Below are positions 10,039-17,131 of a stretch of 24,000 nt of DNA, one piece after another. This DNA is from Mycoplasma mobile 163K (GTDB lineage: Bacteria; Bacillota_I; Bacilli_A; Mycoplasmatales; Metamycoplasmataceae). The position numbers and the translations under genes are program-made. Below the pieces are notes generated by a model, which worked only from the letters and a program-made list of their open reading frames with translations, searched no databases and was not told the origin of the DNA. The DNA lies in NCBI RefSeq assembly GCF_000008365.1, contig NC_006908.1:462851-486850 (forward strand), in the 5' to 3' direction. How positions within the stretch are numbered: the first letter of the stretch is position 1; each line of letters starts with the position of its first letter.

Positions 10039-11229
10039 ATGACAAAAAAAATAAATGCAATAGTAATTCTTCAAGCAAACAAAATTGAACTAAGAATTAT
10101 GGAGACATTTGAAAAAAGAATTTTTCAAATATATTCATCTAGCTGTGATGAAGATTCAAAATATTCAAAATTTATCTCTGAATCTATTATGCAAGTTAAT
10201 AAAAAGTTTTCTTTGAATATTAAAGAAATTGTTTTTGTCATTTTAATTGCCAAAGGAATTAAATTAAACTTGGAAAAAAGATTTTCAACAATTGAAGTGA
10301 ATGGAAAAATCTCACTTGAACACATTGAAAAATCAATTAAAATTGAAAAAGATTCTTTAAAGCAAAATGACCAAGTAGCTATTCTATCAAGACCTTATAA
10401 ATATGAAGTTCTTTCTAAAAATGATCAAATCGCAACTTTCAATGAAGTACCTTTAGATATAGAGGCAAAAGAATTAAAAACCTATAGTGTTGTATCACAT
10501 ATTAGTTCAAGTATTTATAATTATATTATTAACCTTTGTGAAAATGCAAACATTACTTTAAAAACTATCGTTACAGATTCTCATTTAAACCAATATTTAT
10601 TAGACAACAATAGTTTTTTAATTGAAAATAAAGAAAAATCTCTTATAAACATTAATGAAGAAAGTGTAACAATCAACATTTATAATAACAATGTTTTAAT
10701 AGATTATCACATTTTATCTTTTGGGACAAAATATATTTATGAGAAAATTTTCAAAAATCATGATTCAATAACTTCTGAAGAGGCTAAGAAAATTTTTAGT
10801 ATTTACACTGATTTTAATAAGTTCAATAGTGAAAAGCAAGTTGCATTGAATTCTAATTTAACTTTAAAAAAATTGAATCAATATACGCTACTTTTTTTTG
10901 AAAAGATTTTTGAAGAATTTAATAAAAAATTTTCGCTTGTTTCAAGAGATACAATTTATTTAACAGGTGAAGGTTCTTCAATTTTAGATCTTGAAAAAAT
11001 TATTAATTCTAATTTTGAAAAAAATGGAATTGATACAAAATGCCATGTTAATAGTTTTATTACATACCAACTTCTAAATGAAGAAAAAAATTCCTACATG
11101 GCTACAAAATATATAAATAGTATGATAGATACTAAAATGGAAAATAATTTTCTAATTACAAAACCATTAAAAATATTGCAAACATATGAGTTTATTTCAA
11201 ATACTTCTGAAAATTACTTAATTTCTTAA
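10039..11229 (+). CDS. Divergent FtsA-like (actin/HSP70-fold) protein, third gene of the mollicute mraZ-rsmH cluster
   Basis: Intact 396-aa ORF, 4 nt after rsmH, with an AAAGG RBS. Weak similarity only: IYLTGEGSSILDLEKIINSNF resembles FtsA vvLTGGga.l.gl.el.e..f. The N-terminal INAIVILQANKIELRI sits where FtsA has the DIGTSK phosphate-1 motif. The position matches the unknown or ftsA-like gene that precedes ftsZ in other Mollicutes. Confidence 0.5.
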   Translation: MTKKINAIVILQANKIELRIMETFEKRIFQIYSSSCDEDSKYSKFISESIMQVNKKFSLNIKEIVFVILIAKGIKLNLEKRFSTIEVNGKISLEHIEKSIKIEKDSLKQNDQVAILSRPYKYEVLSKNDQIATFNEVPLDIEAKELKTYSVVSHISSSIYNYIINLCENANITLKTIVTDSHLNQYLLDNNSFLIENKEKSLININEESVTINIYNNNVLIDYHILSFGTKYIYEKIFKNHDSITSEEAKKIFSIYTDFNKFNSEKQVALNSNLTLKKLNQYTLLFFEKIFEEFNKKFSLVSRDTIYLTGEGSSILDLEKIINSNFEKNGIDTKCHVNSFITYQLLNEEKNSYMATKYINSMIDTKMENNFLITKPLKILQTYEFISNTSENYLIS

Positions 11230-11242
11230 AAAAATAAAAAAT

Positions 11243-11265
11243 GCAAGATTCATCTTGCTTTTTTT
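11243..11265. terminator. Rho-independent terminator between the ftsA-like gene and the convergent tRNA-Phe
   Basis: GCAAGATTCATCTTGC hairpin (11243..11258) followed by TTTTTTT and preceded by an A-run, so it could act in both directions. Confidence 0.65.
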
Positions 11266-11279
11266 GACCTTTATAGATA

Positions 11280-11355
11280 TGGTGGCTCCGGCAGGAATTG
11301 AACCAGCGACACACGGAGCTTCAATCCGTTGCTCTACCGACTGAGCTACAGAGCC
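11280..11355 (-). tRNA. tRNA-Phe (anticodon GAA)
   Basis: Reverse complement GGCTCTGTAGCTCAGTCGGTAGAGCAACGGATTGAAGCTCCGTGTGTCGCTGGTTCAATTCCTGCCGGAGCCACCA. Cloverleaf with anticodon loop TTGAAGC; CCA encoded; one U-U mismatch in the T stem. Confidence 0.9.
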
Positions 11356-11358
11356 AAA

Positions 11359-11435
11359 TGGCGGTCCAGACGGGGTTCGAACCCGCGATCTCCTCCGTGA
11401 CAGGGAGGCGTATTAAACCACTTTACCACTGAACC
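11359..11435 (-). tRNA. tRNA-Asp (anticodon GTC)
   Basis: Reverse complement GGTTCAGTGGTAAAGTGG...CCTCCCTGTCACGGAGG...GCGGGTTCGAACCCCGTCTGGACCGCCA. Anticodon loop CTGTCAC; 7-bp acceptor stem; CCA encoded. Confidence 0.9.
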
Positions 11436-11437
11436 AT

Positions 11438-11512
<75 letters not shown>

Positions 11513-11535
11513 ATATTATTTTTTTGTGTAAATTC

Positions 11536-11564
11536 ATTATAGCAAAAATAAAAATATTTGTAAA
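11536..11564 (-). promoter_or_regulatory. Internal promoter for the fMet-Asp-Phe tRNA unit
   Basis: Minus strand reads TTTACA (11564..11559), a 17-nt spacer, then TGcTATAAT (extended -10, hexamer 11541..11536), about 24 nt upstream of the tRNA-fMet 5' end. Confidence 0.55.
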
Positions 11565-11586
11565 TTTTTTTGAAATTTATTTAAAT

Positions 11587-11617
11587 AAAAAAATTCAACA
11601 AATATTGAATTTTTTAT
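11587..11617 (-). terminator. A/T-flanked hairpin downstream of tRNA-Ser (possible weak terminator)
   Basis: AAAAAAATTCAA-caaata-TTGAATTTTTT. Inverted repeat with an A-run on one side and a T-run on the other. The stem is almost entirely A/T, so it is weak. Confidence 0.35.
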
Positions 11618-11631
11618 GGTGATATAACAAA

Positions 11632-11722
11632 TGGCGGGCAATGAGGGATTCGAACCCCCGCGAGTTTTACCTCCTGACGGTTTTCAAGACCGTTCCCTTC
11701 AGCCAGACTTGGGTAATTGCCC
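11632..11722 (-). tRNA. tRNA-Ser (anticodon TGA)
   Basis: Reverse complement GGGCAATTACCCAAGTCTGGCTGAAGGGAACGGTCTTGAAAACCGTCAGGAGGTAAAACTCGCGGGGGTTCGAATCCCTCATTGCCCGCCA. Type II tRNA with long variable arm; anticodon loop CTTGAAA. Confidence 0.9.
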
Positions 11723-11726
11723 TTTT

Positions 11727-11803
11727 TGGTAGTCCTAGCTGGGATTGAACCAGCGACCTCACGATTATAAGTCGTGTGCTCTAACCGACTGAGCTATAGG
11801 ACC
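11727..11803 (-). tRNA. tRNA-Ile with UAU anticodon (genomic TAT)
   Basis: Reverse complement GGTCCTATAGCTCAGTCGGTTAGAGCACACGACTTATAATCGTGAGGTCGCTGGTTCAATCCCAGCTAGGACTACCA. Anticodon stem CACGA/TCGTG; 7-nt loop CTTATAA, so positions 34-36 = TAT (plus-strand 11767..11769). The body is Ile2-like. It lies in the Met-Ile-Ser slot of the conserved cluster. Confidence 0.85.
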
Positions 11804-11826
11804 ACAAAGACGGTGCCTTTAGTATA

Positions 11827-11903
11827 TGGTAGCTCCGAAGAGAGTCGAACTCTTGACCTTTCGGGTATGAACCGAATGCTCTAACCAGCTGAGCTACAGA
11901 GCC
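11827..11903 (-). tRNA. Elongator tRNA-Met (anticodon CAT)
   Basis: Reverse complement GGCTCTGTAGCTCAGCTGGTTAGAGCATTCGGTTCATACCCGAAAGGTCAAGAGTTCGACTCTCTTCGGAGCTACCA. Anticodon loop TTCATAC; position 1-72 is paired (G-U), so it is not an initiator. Confidence 0.8.
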
Positions 11904-11908
11904 ATATA

Positions 11909-11985
11909 TGGTGGAGAGGAAGGGATTCGAACCCTCTACCTCCTGCGTGCAAGGCAGGCGCTCTAGCCAAGTGAGCTACCCCCCC
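11909..11985 (-). tRNA. tRNA-Ala (anticodon TGC)
   Basis: Reverse complement GGGGGGGTAGCTCACTTGGCTAGAGCGCCTGCCTTGCACGCAGGAGGTAGAGGGTTCGAATCCCTTCCTCTCCACCA. Anticodon loop CTTGCAC; G3-U70 alanine identity pair present. Confidence 0.9.
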
Positions 11986-11986
11986 A

Positions 11987-12063
11987 TGGTGAAGAAGACA
12001 GGATTCGAACCTGCGACCACTTGGTCCCAAACCAAGTGCTCTACCAAGCTGAGCTACTTCTCC
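11987..12063 (-). tRNA. tRNA-Pro (anticodon TGG)
   Basis: Reverse complement GGAGAAGTAGCTCAGCTTGGTAGAGCACTTGGTTTGGGACCAAGTGGTCGCAGGTTCGAATCCTGTCTTCTTCACCA. Anticodon loop TTTGGGA; CCA encoded. Confidence 0.9.
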
Positions 12064-12092
12064 AAAAATGGTATATATTTTTTATGGTATCT

Positions 12093-12111
12093 ATTATACA
12101 TTGAAATTATA
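12093..12111 (-). promoter_or_regulatory. Candidate -10 elements for the Pro-Ala-Met-Ile-Ser tRNA unit
   Basis: Two minus-strand TATAAT hexamers (12098..12093 and 12111..12106), 30-45 nt upstream of the tRNA-Pro 5' end. No good -35 element. Confidence 0.35.
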
Positions 12112-12170
12112 AACAAAATATTTAAATTAATTTGAAAAAATTCAAAAAATAATTACTATATAATTTTTAT

Positions 12171-12515
12171 ATGAACAAGAGCTCTTTAAAAAAAACTTTT
12201 TTAATAATGTTTACCATTTTTTTTGGTTTTTTAGGATTTGATAAGTGATATTTAGGTTTTAAAAAAATGGCTTTAATAAAAGGATTGTTTTTGAGTGTTT
12301 TTGGAGTTTTTGGAATTTTCTTTTTGATTATATTTTCCTCAGTAAATTTTGGTGCTATAAACATTAACCTTTTATCTTTCCCTATAGGTTTGACTATTTT
12401 AGGTAGTATAATTATTGCAATTTACTTTTTAACCATTATGTGATATCTATATGACATATTAAGAGCTTTTTTAGGAAAAACTAAAGATAAAAATAAATTG
12501 AATGTTAGCAATTAA
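12171..12515 (+). CDS. TM2 domain-containing small membrane protein (114 aa), absent from the standard-code ORF track
   Basis: Table-4 hand translation: MNKSSLKKTFLIMFTIFFGFLGFDKWYLGFKKMALIKGLFLSVFGVFGIFFLIIFSSVNFGAININLLSFPIGLTILGSIIIAIYFLTIMWYLYDILRAFLGKTKDKNKLNVSN. Two in-frame TGAs. FLGFDKWYLG plus IMWYLYDILRAFLGKTKD fits the TM2 pattern (G.hrFYlG ... WW..D......l.D). Confidence 0.75.
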
Positions 12516-13240
12516 ATAATTTTTGTTCCTTTTCCTAAAATATTTTCAAAATAAGAAGAATTTATTTTCTTTTTTAATTTATGTAGTATTTGATCTACAA
12601 CTCTTGAATTATCTGTATCATTTTCTATATCTCAAACATATCGAAAAATTCTATTTTTGTCAATTGAATCTGAATCACGATTATGAAGTAAAAAAGACAA
12701 AACTAGAAATTCTTTTTTTGTTAATTCTAAAATTTTATTGTTGTAAAAAAATTTATTTGAGACAAAATCTAAAAAAAGTGATCTATGTGAGATGAAATTA
12801 CCTGATTCAAACCCTTTGAAATAGTTTTTCAAATATGATAAATTAGAGATTTTAAAAATTTCGTAATTTTCATTATAGTACAAAATATCATTATTGATAT
12901 TTCTTAAAAAAAATGTGCTATTCTCATTATATTTGTTTAATAATCAAAAAATCTTACTATTAGGAAATAAAGTATTAATTAATTGATATTTATCTTCAGT
13001 TAAAATTTGCTCCTTATGAAAATTTTCCACAATTACAAAATTGTAATTTTGCAATGTTGCTGTAGTTAAATTGTCTAAAAAACAATAATAAACATCTACA
13101 AAAAAGTACCTTTCTAGATCTCTAAAGAAGATATTTAAATTTTCGTTATTATTATCATTTTTGAGTACAAGTAATTTAAGATTGGGATTGCTTTTCATAA
13201 AATTATTATATAGCAAATCAATAAAATGTAAAATATTCAT
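12512..13240 (-). CDS. OmpR/PhoB-type winged-helix transcriptional regulator with a degenerate (non-phosphorylatable-looking) receiver-like N-terminal domain
   Basis: Track ORFs 12944..13240 and 12632..12883 are in frame, joined through TGA (12944, 12632), and continue to TAA 12512..12514 (242 aa). C-terminus ILELTKKEFLVLSFLLHNRDSDSIDKNRIFRYVWDIENDTDNSRVVDQILHKLKKKINSSYFENILGKGTKI follows the OmpR DNA-binding pattern (LT.kEf.LL..L......sre.l...vW......d.r.vd.hI.rLRkKl......i.TvrG.GY). N-terminus LKLLVLKNDNN ... YNFVIVENF sits where receivers have iLiVDDD ... D-phosphoacceptor. An alternative start is the ATG at 13198 (MKSNPNLKLLVL). Confidence 0.72.
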
Positions 13241-13906
13241 ATGTCTCTAAAAAATATTGAATCAATTATAATAAAAAGTGAAAATTTCCAAGAATTTGAT
13301 GTAATTTTGAGTGTTATGGATTTTAATAAAATTTATCCAATAATTGCACTTGGAGTTAGAAAAATTAAAAGCAAAAATCGCAATGGAGTTTTACTAGGAT
13401 CATATAGCGAATTAGAATTTTTTGAAGCTAGATTAAATAACAAAACTTCAAAACTTAAAAAAGCACATTTAATTAAAAATTTTGACTTACTAAATTCAGA
13501 AAACTTACTTATTGTTCAAGAATTGTTTAAATATATTAATAAAGTAAATGTTAATACTCAAGCAGTTTTCAATTCTTATTTAGAATGTTTGGATGAATTT
13601 GGAAAAGGAAATAATTTTTTTATAAAAACTTACATTGTCAATAAAACTTTATTTTCACTAGGGTTAAATGTTAATTATTCTTTTTGTTATAAATGTGGGA
13701 CAAATCAAAAATTAGCCAACTTTTCTTTTTTTGAAGGAGGTTTTTCTTGTTTTAAGCATTCGAAAAATAAATTGAATGCAAAAATTCTTCAAAGTATTTA
13801 TAATTTAAATATAAGTTTTAAAAAATATGTTGAAACAACTTCGGCAGAAACAAATATTTTTATATTTAATATATTAAAAAATTACATTGATGAAAATACT
13901 TTTTAA
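13241..13906 (+). CDS. recO: DNA repair protein RecO
   Basis: Intact 221-aa ORF. N-terminal OB-fold-like MSLKNIESIIIKSENFQEFDVILSV...; C-terminal Cys-rich CYKCGTNQKLANFSFFEGGFSCFKH typical of RecO. Confidence 0.82.
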   Translation: MSLKNIESIIIKSENFQEFDVILSVMDFNKIYPIIALGVRKIKSKNRNGVLLGSYSELEFFEARLNNKTSKLKKAHLIKNFDLLNSENLLIVQELFKYINKVNVNTQAVFNSYLECLDEFGKGNNFFIKTYIVNKTLFSLGLNVNYSFCYKCGTNQKLANFSFFEGGFSCFKHSKNKLNAKILQSIYNLNISFKKYVETTSAETNIFIFNILKNYIDENTF

Positions 13907-13910
13907 AAAT

Positions 13911-14738
13911 TTAATTGGGATTAAGTACCTCATTGATTTTATCAAAAATAATATTTGAAGTTCCTTCTAGCAATAAAACATGTTTTGAATTTTCAATTTT
14001 TATAGTGTGAAAATTTTCATTAAAAAATTTAATTTTAGTTAATTTATTTTCTATTTTGTTTTGTTTTATTAAAATATCATCGCTTCCATAGAAAAAATAT
14101 ATAGGAGAATTTGATTTAGCTCTTTTTGCTATTTTTCAAAATGTTCTAATTGCATTTCATGATGCAATAATATTTCTTGTTTGAGATATTTGAGTATTTA
14201 CATCTAATTTTGTTAGCCTTTGCAACACTTTATTGTTACTAATTTTATGAAAATCTATTCTTGCTTGAAATTTGTAATTTATATTAAAAAAATAAGTAGC
14301 AATCGTTCTAAAATTAATTACAAATTTTTTCTTTTTAGAATCAAGAAAAATATTAGTTAATTTATCTGGTATAGAGCAAGCAAAAACTGCTTCAACAGCA
14401 TCTTTAAAATAATAACTAATCAAAGAACTAAAAGCAGCTCCCATACTTTCACCTAATAAAAATATTTTTTTAGACATTTTTTTATAATACAAAATAACAT
14501 CAAAAATATCTTTTAAATATTCTTTGAAATATCTAGAAGCTTTTAAATTTATGTTGTTTTCATGCCCTCTTTGTTTAACAACAATTGTAGTGTAATCTTT
14601 GATATGTTCAAAAATGAATTTGCTATCTTTTGCTGTTCCACCTAAACCATGAAAATAAATTAAAACTTTTTCAGTATCAATTTCATTTTTAATAATAGGA
14701 ATTGTTTTTGAATTGGTATTAATTATAGTCTCAATCAT
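13911..14738 (-). CDS. Alpha/beta-fold hydrolase (esterase/lysophospholipase-like)
   Basis: Track ORF 14157..14738 extended through TGAs (14157, 14136 region) to TAA 13911..13913 (275 aa). Oxyanion HGLGG, nucleophile elbow GESMG, then YGSDD and SKHVLL supply the Asp/His of a Ser-Asp-His triad. Confidence 0.85.
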
Positions 14739-14769
14739 ATTGTATTTATTATATACACTAAATCAAAAT

Positions 14770-16686
14770 TTAAACTATTTTAAAATTATCTTCAAGAGAA
14801 AATACAACATTTTTATTAATTCACTCTTTCCTTAATTCAATTTGATCTCCCATTAAAGTAGAAACTCTTCTTTCGGTAATTAAAGCATCTTCGATTTCAA
14901 CCTTAATTAGTGTTCTTGTTTCTGGATTCATCGCAGTTTCTCATAATTGATCTGGATTCATTTCTCCCAAACCTTTATATCTTTGAATTTCAAAATCATT
15001 TTCTTTTTTCATTAAATTGTTTAATTCATCTTCATCTAAAACATATTTAAATTTTTTTGTTTTTTTATTTGTTATTTTAAATAAAGGTGGAAGAGCAATA
15101 TAAACCATTCCTGCTTCTATTAAGGGTTTCATATATCTATATAAAAATGTTAAAAGTAATACTTGAATATGAGAACCATCAACATCAGCATCTGTCATAA
15201 TTACAACTTTATGATAATTAGCTTTTTTAAGATCAAAATCTGCACCAATTCCTGCACCAATTGTATTTATAATTGTTGAAATTTCTTCATTTTTTAAAAC
15301 ATCAATTAATTTTGTTTTTTCACAATTTATTACTTTACCTTTTAGGGGTAAAATTGCTTGAAATTGAGAATTTCTCCCTAATTTTGCACTTCCACCAGCA
15401 GAATCACCTTCGACTAAAAATAATTCCTTTTCAGATGCTTTTTTGCTTCTTGCTGGACTTAATTTTCCAGATAAAATTTTTTGTTCCTTTAAAGAATTTT
15501 TTGTTTCTCTCGATTCTTTTCTAGCGTTTTTTGCTGCAATTCTTGAATCTTGGGATTTTTTAATTTTATTTATAATTTTTAATGCATCTTCTTTATTTTC
15601 GTTTAGTCAAATTCATAATGAGTTTGATAAAATATCTTCTGTAATACTCTTTGCTTCTTGCGTTCCTAATTTATCTTTTGTTTGCCCAACAAATTCTAAA
15701 ATATTTTCAGGAATCCTTAAAGAAATTACAATTGTAATTCCTTCTCTAATATCATTACCTTCGAAAGAATTGTTTTTTCCTTTTAGTAAATTTTTATCTT
15801 TTACATATTCATTAAAAACTTTTGTAAGAGCTGTTTTTACTCCATTTTCATGACTTCCACCATCTCTAGTTTTGATATTATTTACAAAACTAACAATAGT
15901 TTCATTGTAAGAATCAGTATATTGAATTGCAATTTCAACATTGATATCTTTTTTTGTATCATTAATGTAAATAGTTTTTGAATTAATTGCATCTTTGCCG
16001 CTATTGATAAAGTCAACAAACTCTACAATTCCATTTTCGTATTTAAATGTTTCTTTTTGATTTGTATTTTCATCAACTAAAACAATCTCAAGATTTTGAA
16101 TTAAAAATGAAGATTCTCTTAATCTTTCAGAAATTATTTCATATGATAGTTTTGCCCTTTTAAAAATAATGTAATCTGGTCAAAATTCAATTTTAGTTCC
16201 TCTTTTTGTTGTTGAACCAATAATTTTTGTAGATTGAGAAATTTCGCCACCATTTTCAAAAATGGTTTCATAAATTTTTTTATCACGATAGACTGTTGCG
16301 ATTAATTTTATACTTAAAGCATTAACAACGCTTGAACCAACACCATGAAGACCTCCACTAGTTTTATATGCTCCATCTCCAAATTTACCACCAGTATGTA
16401 ATTCTGTAAAAACTGCTTCAACAGTTGTTTTTTGATCTGAAAATTTATCAACTGGAATTCCACGACCATTATCTTCAACAATTACACTTCCATCTTTAGT
16501 TAGAGTAACTTGGATTTTATTTGCAAAATTAGCAATTGCTTCATCAATTGAATTATCAACAATTTCTCACACTAAATGATGCAATCCTTTAGCATCAGTT
16601 GATCCAATATACATCCCAGGTCTTTTTTTAACAGCTTCTAAATCTTTATATGATTTTATGCTTTTTGAGTCATAATTTATATTCAT
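14770..16686 (-). CDS. parE: DNA topoisomerase IV subunit B (type IIA topoisomerase ATPase subunit, ParE-like)
   Basis: 638-aa table-4 ORF; only 14941..15198 appears in the track because the segments between TGAs lack start codons. [122 protein letters not shown] call ParE rather than GyrB from [12 protein letters not shown] (ParE LSGKLTPAQSK vs GyrB LPGKLADC), YKTSGG and IGAGIGADF. Confidence 0.8.
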
Positions 16687-17081
16687 ACAATCTATTTTAG
16701 TTTAAAAAAGTGTAACACGATAAATATTTTAATAAGTTGTTTAAAAAATGAGTATTATAAGATGAAAAAATATTAATAATTTTATTTTAAATTAATTTTA
16801 AAATTTAAACTCTTATATAGAATCATTAAAAAGATTTTTTGTAAATAATTATGTGAGTAATTTAAATTAAAAGACTAAAACTAAGAAATTTAGAGTAATT
16901 TGAATTTGACAATTTAATGAAAAAAACAAAATTGAAAATGTGTAATGAATTCTAAATTTTTATCATTAAATGTTTAAAAATATTAAATTAAATATGAATT
17001 AAAAGAATTAAAATTTTTTAGCTTACAAATAAGTTTAAAAACTTCTTTTAAAAATTCAAAAAAAATACCAAATTTAAATAA

Positions 17082-17108
17082 AAATAAATCACTTTGCATG
17101 ATTTATTT
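17082..17108 (-). terminator. Rho-independent terminator downstream of the ABC transporter operon
   Basis: Perfect 10-bp inverted repeat AAATAAATCA-ctttgca-TGATTTATTT, flanked by A-run and T-run, about 25 nt past the ATPase stop (17132). Confidence 0.6.
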
Positions 17109-17131
17109 TTTTATTGTAAATTTTATAAAAA

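Noticed and set aside
11827-11903. Interpreting the CAT-anticodon tRNA next to tRNA-Ile(UAU) as a lysidine-type tRNA-Ile2
   Set aside because: Sequence alone cannot fully exclude this. However, it occupies the elongator-Met slot of the conserved cluster, and a dedicated UAU tRNA sits beside it, so elongator Met is the simpler reading.
12131-12146. Small palindrome TTTGAA-aaaa-TTCAAA between the tRNA promoter region and the TM2 gene as an operator or terminator
   Set aside because: Six-bp A/T arms are expected by chance at this base composition, and there is no supporting context.
12167-12795. Track ORFs 12167..12364 (-) and 12523..12795 (+)
   Set aside because: They are antisense shadows of the TM2-domain gene and the OmpR-like gene respectively. 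Their composition is low-complexity Lys/Phe/Leu with no motifs.
15273-15853. Track ORFs 15273..15524 (+) and 15443..15853 (+)
   Set aside because: They are antisense to the strongly conserved parE coding sequence. Their Leu/Phe-rich translations are typical of the reverse strand of AT-rich genes.
14770-16686. Calling the type IIA topoisomerase B subunit gyrB
   Set aside because: The motifs [18 protein letters not shown] and IGAGIGADF match my memory of ParE rather than GyrB (LPGKLADC, YKVSGG, LGTGIGEDF), and there is no adjacent gyrA. This still needs a phylogeny to settle.
16687-17131. Replication origin or DnaA-box cluster, or a structured RNA (RNase P, tmRNA, SRP) in the long spacer
   Set aside because: I found no TTATCCACA-like boxes; the best is tgtgagtaa with 2 mismatches. 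There are no GC-rich helices or conserved RNA motifs, and no dnaA or dnaN nearby.
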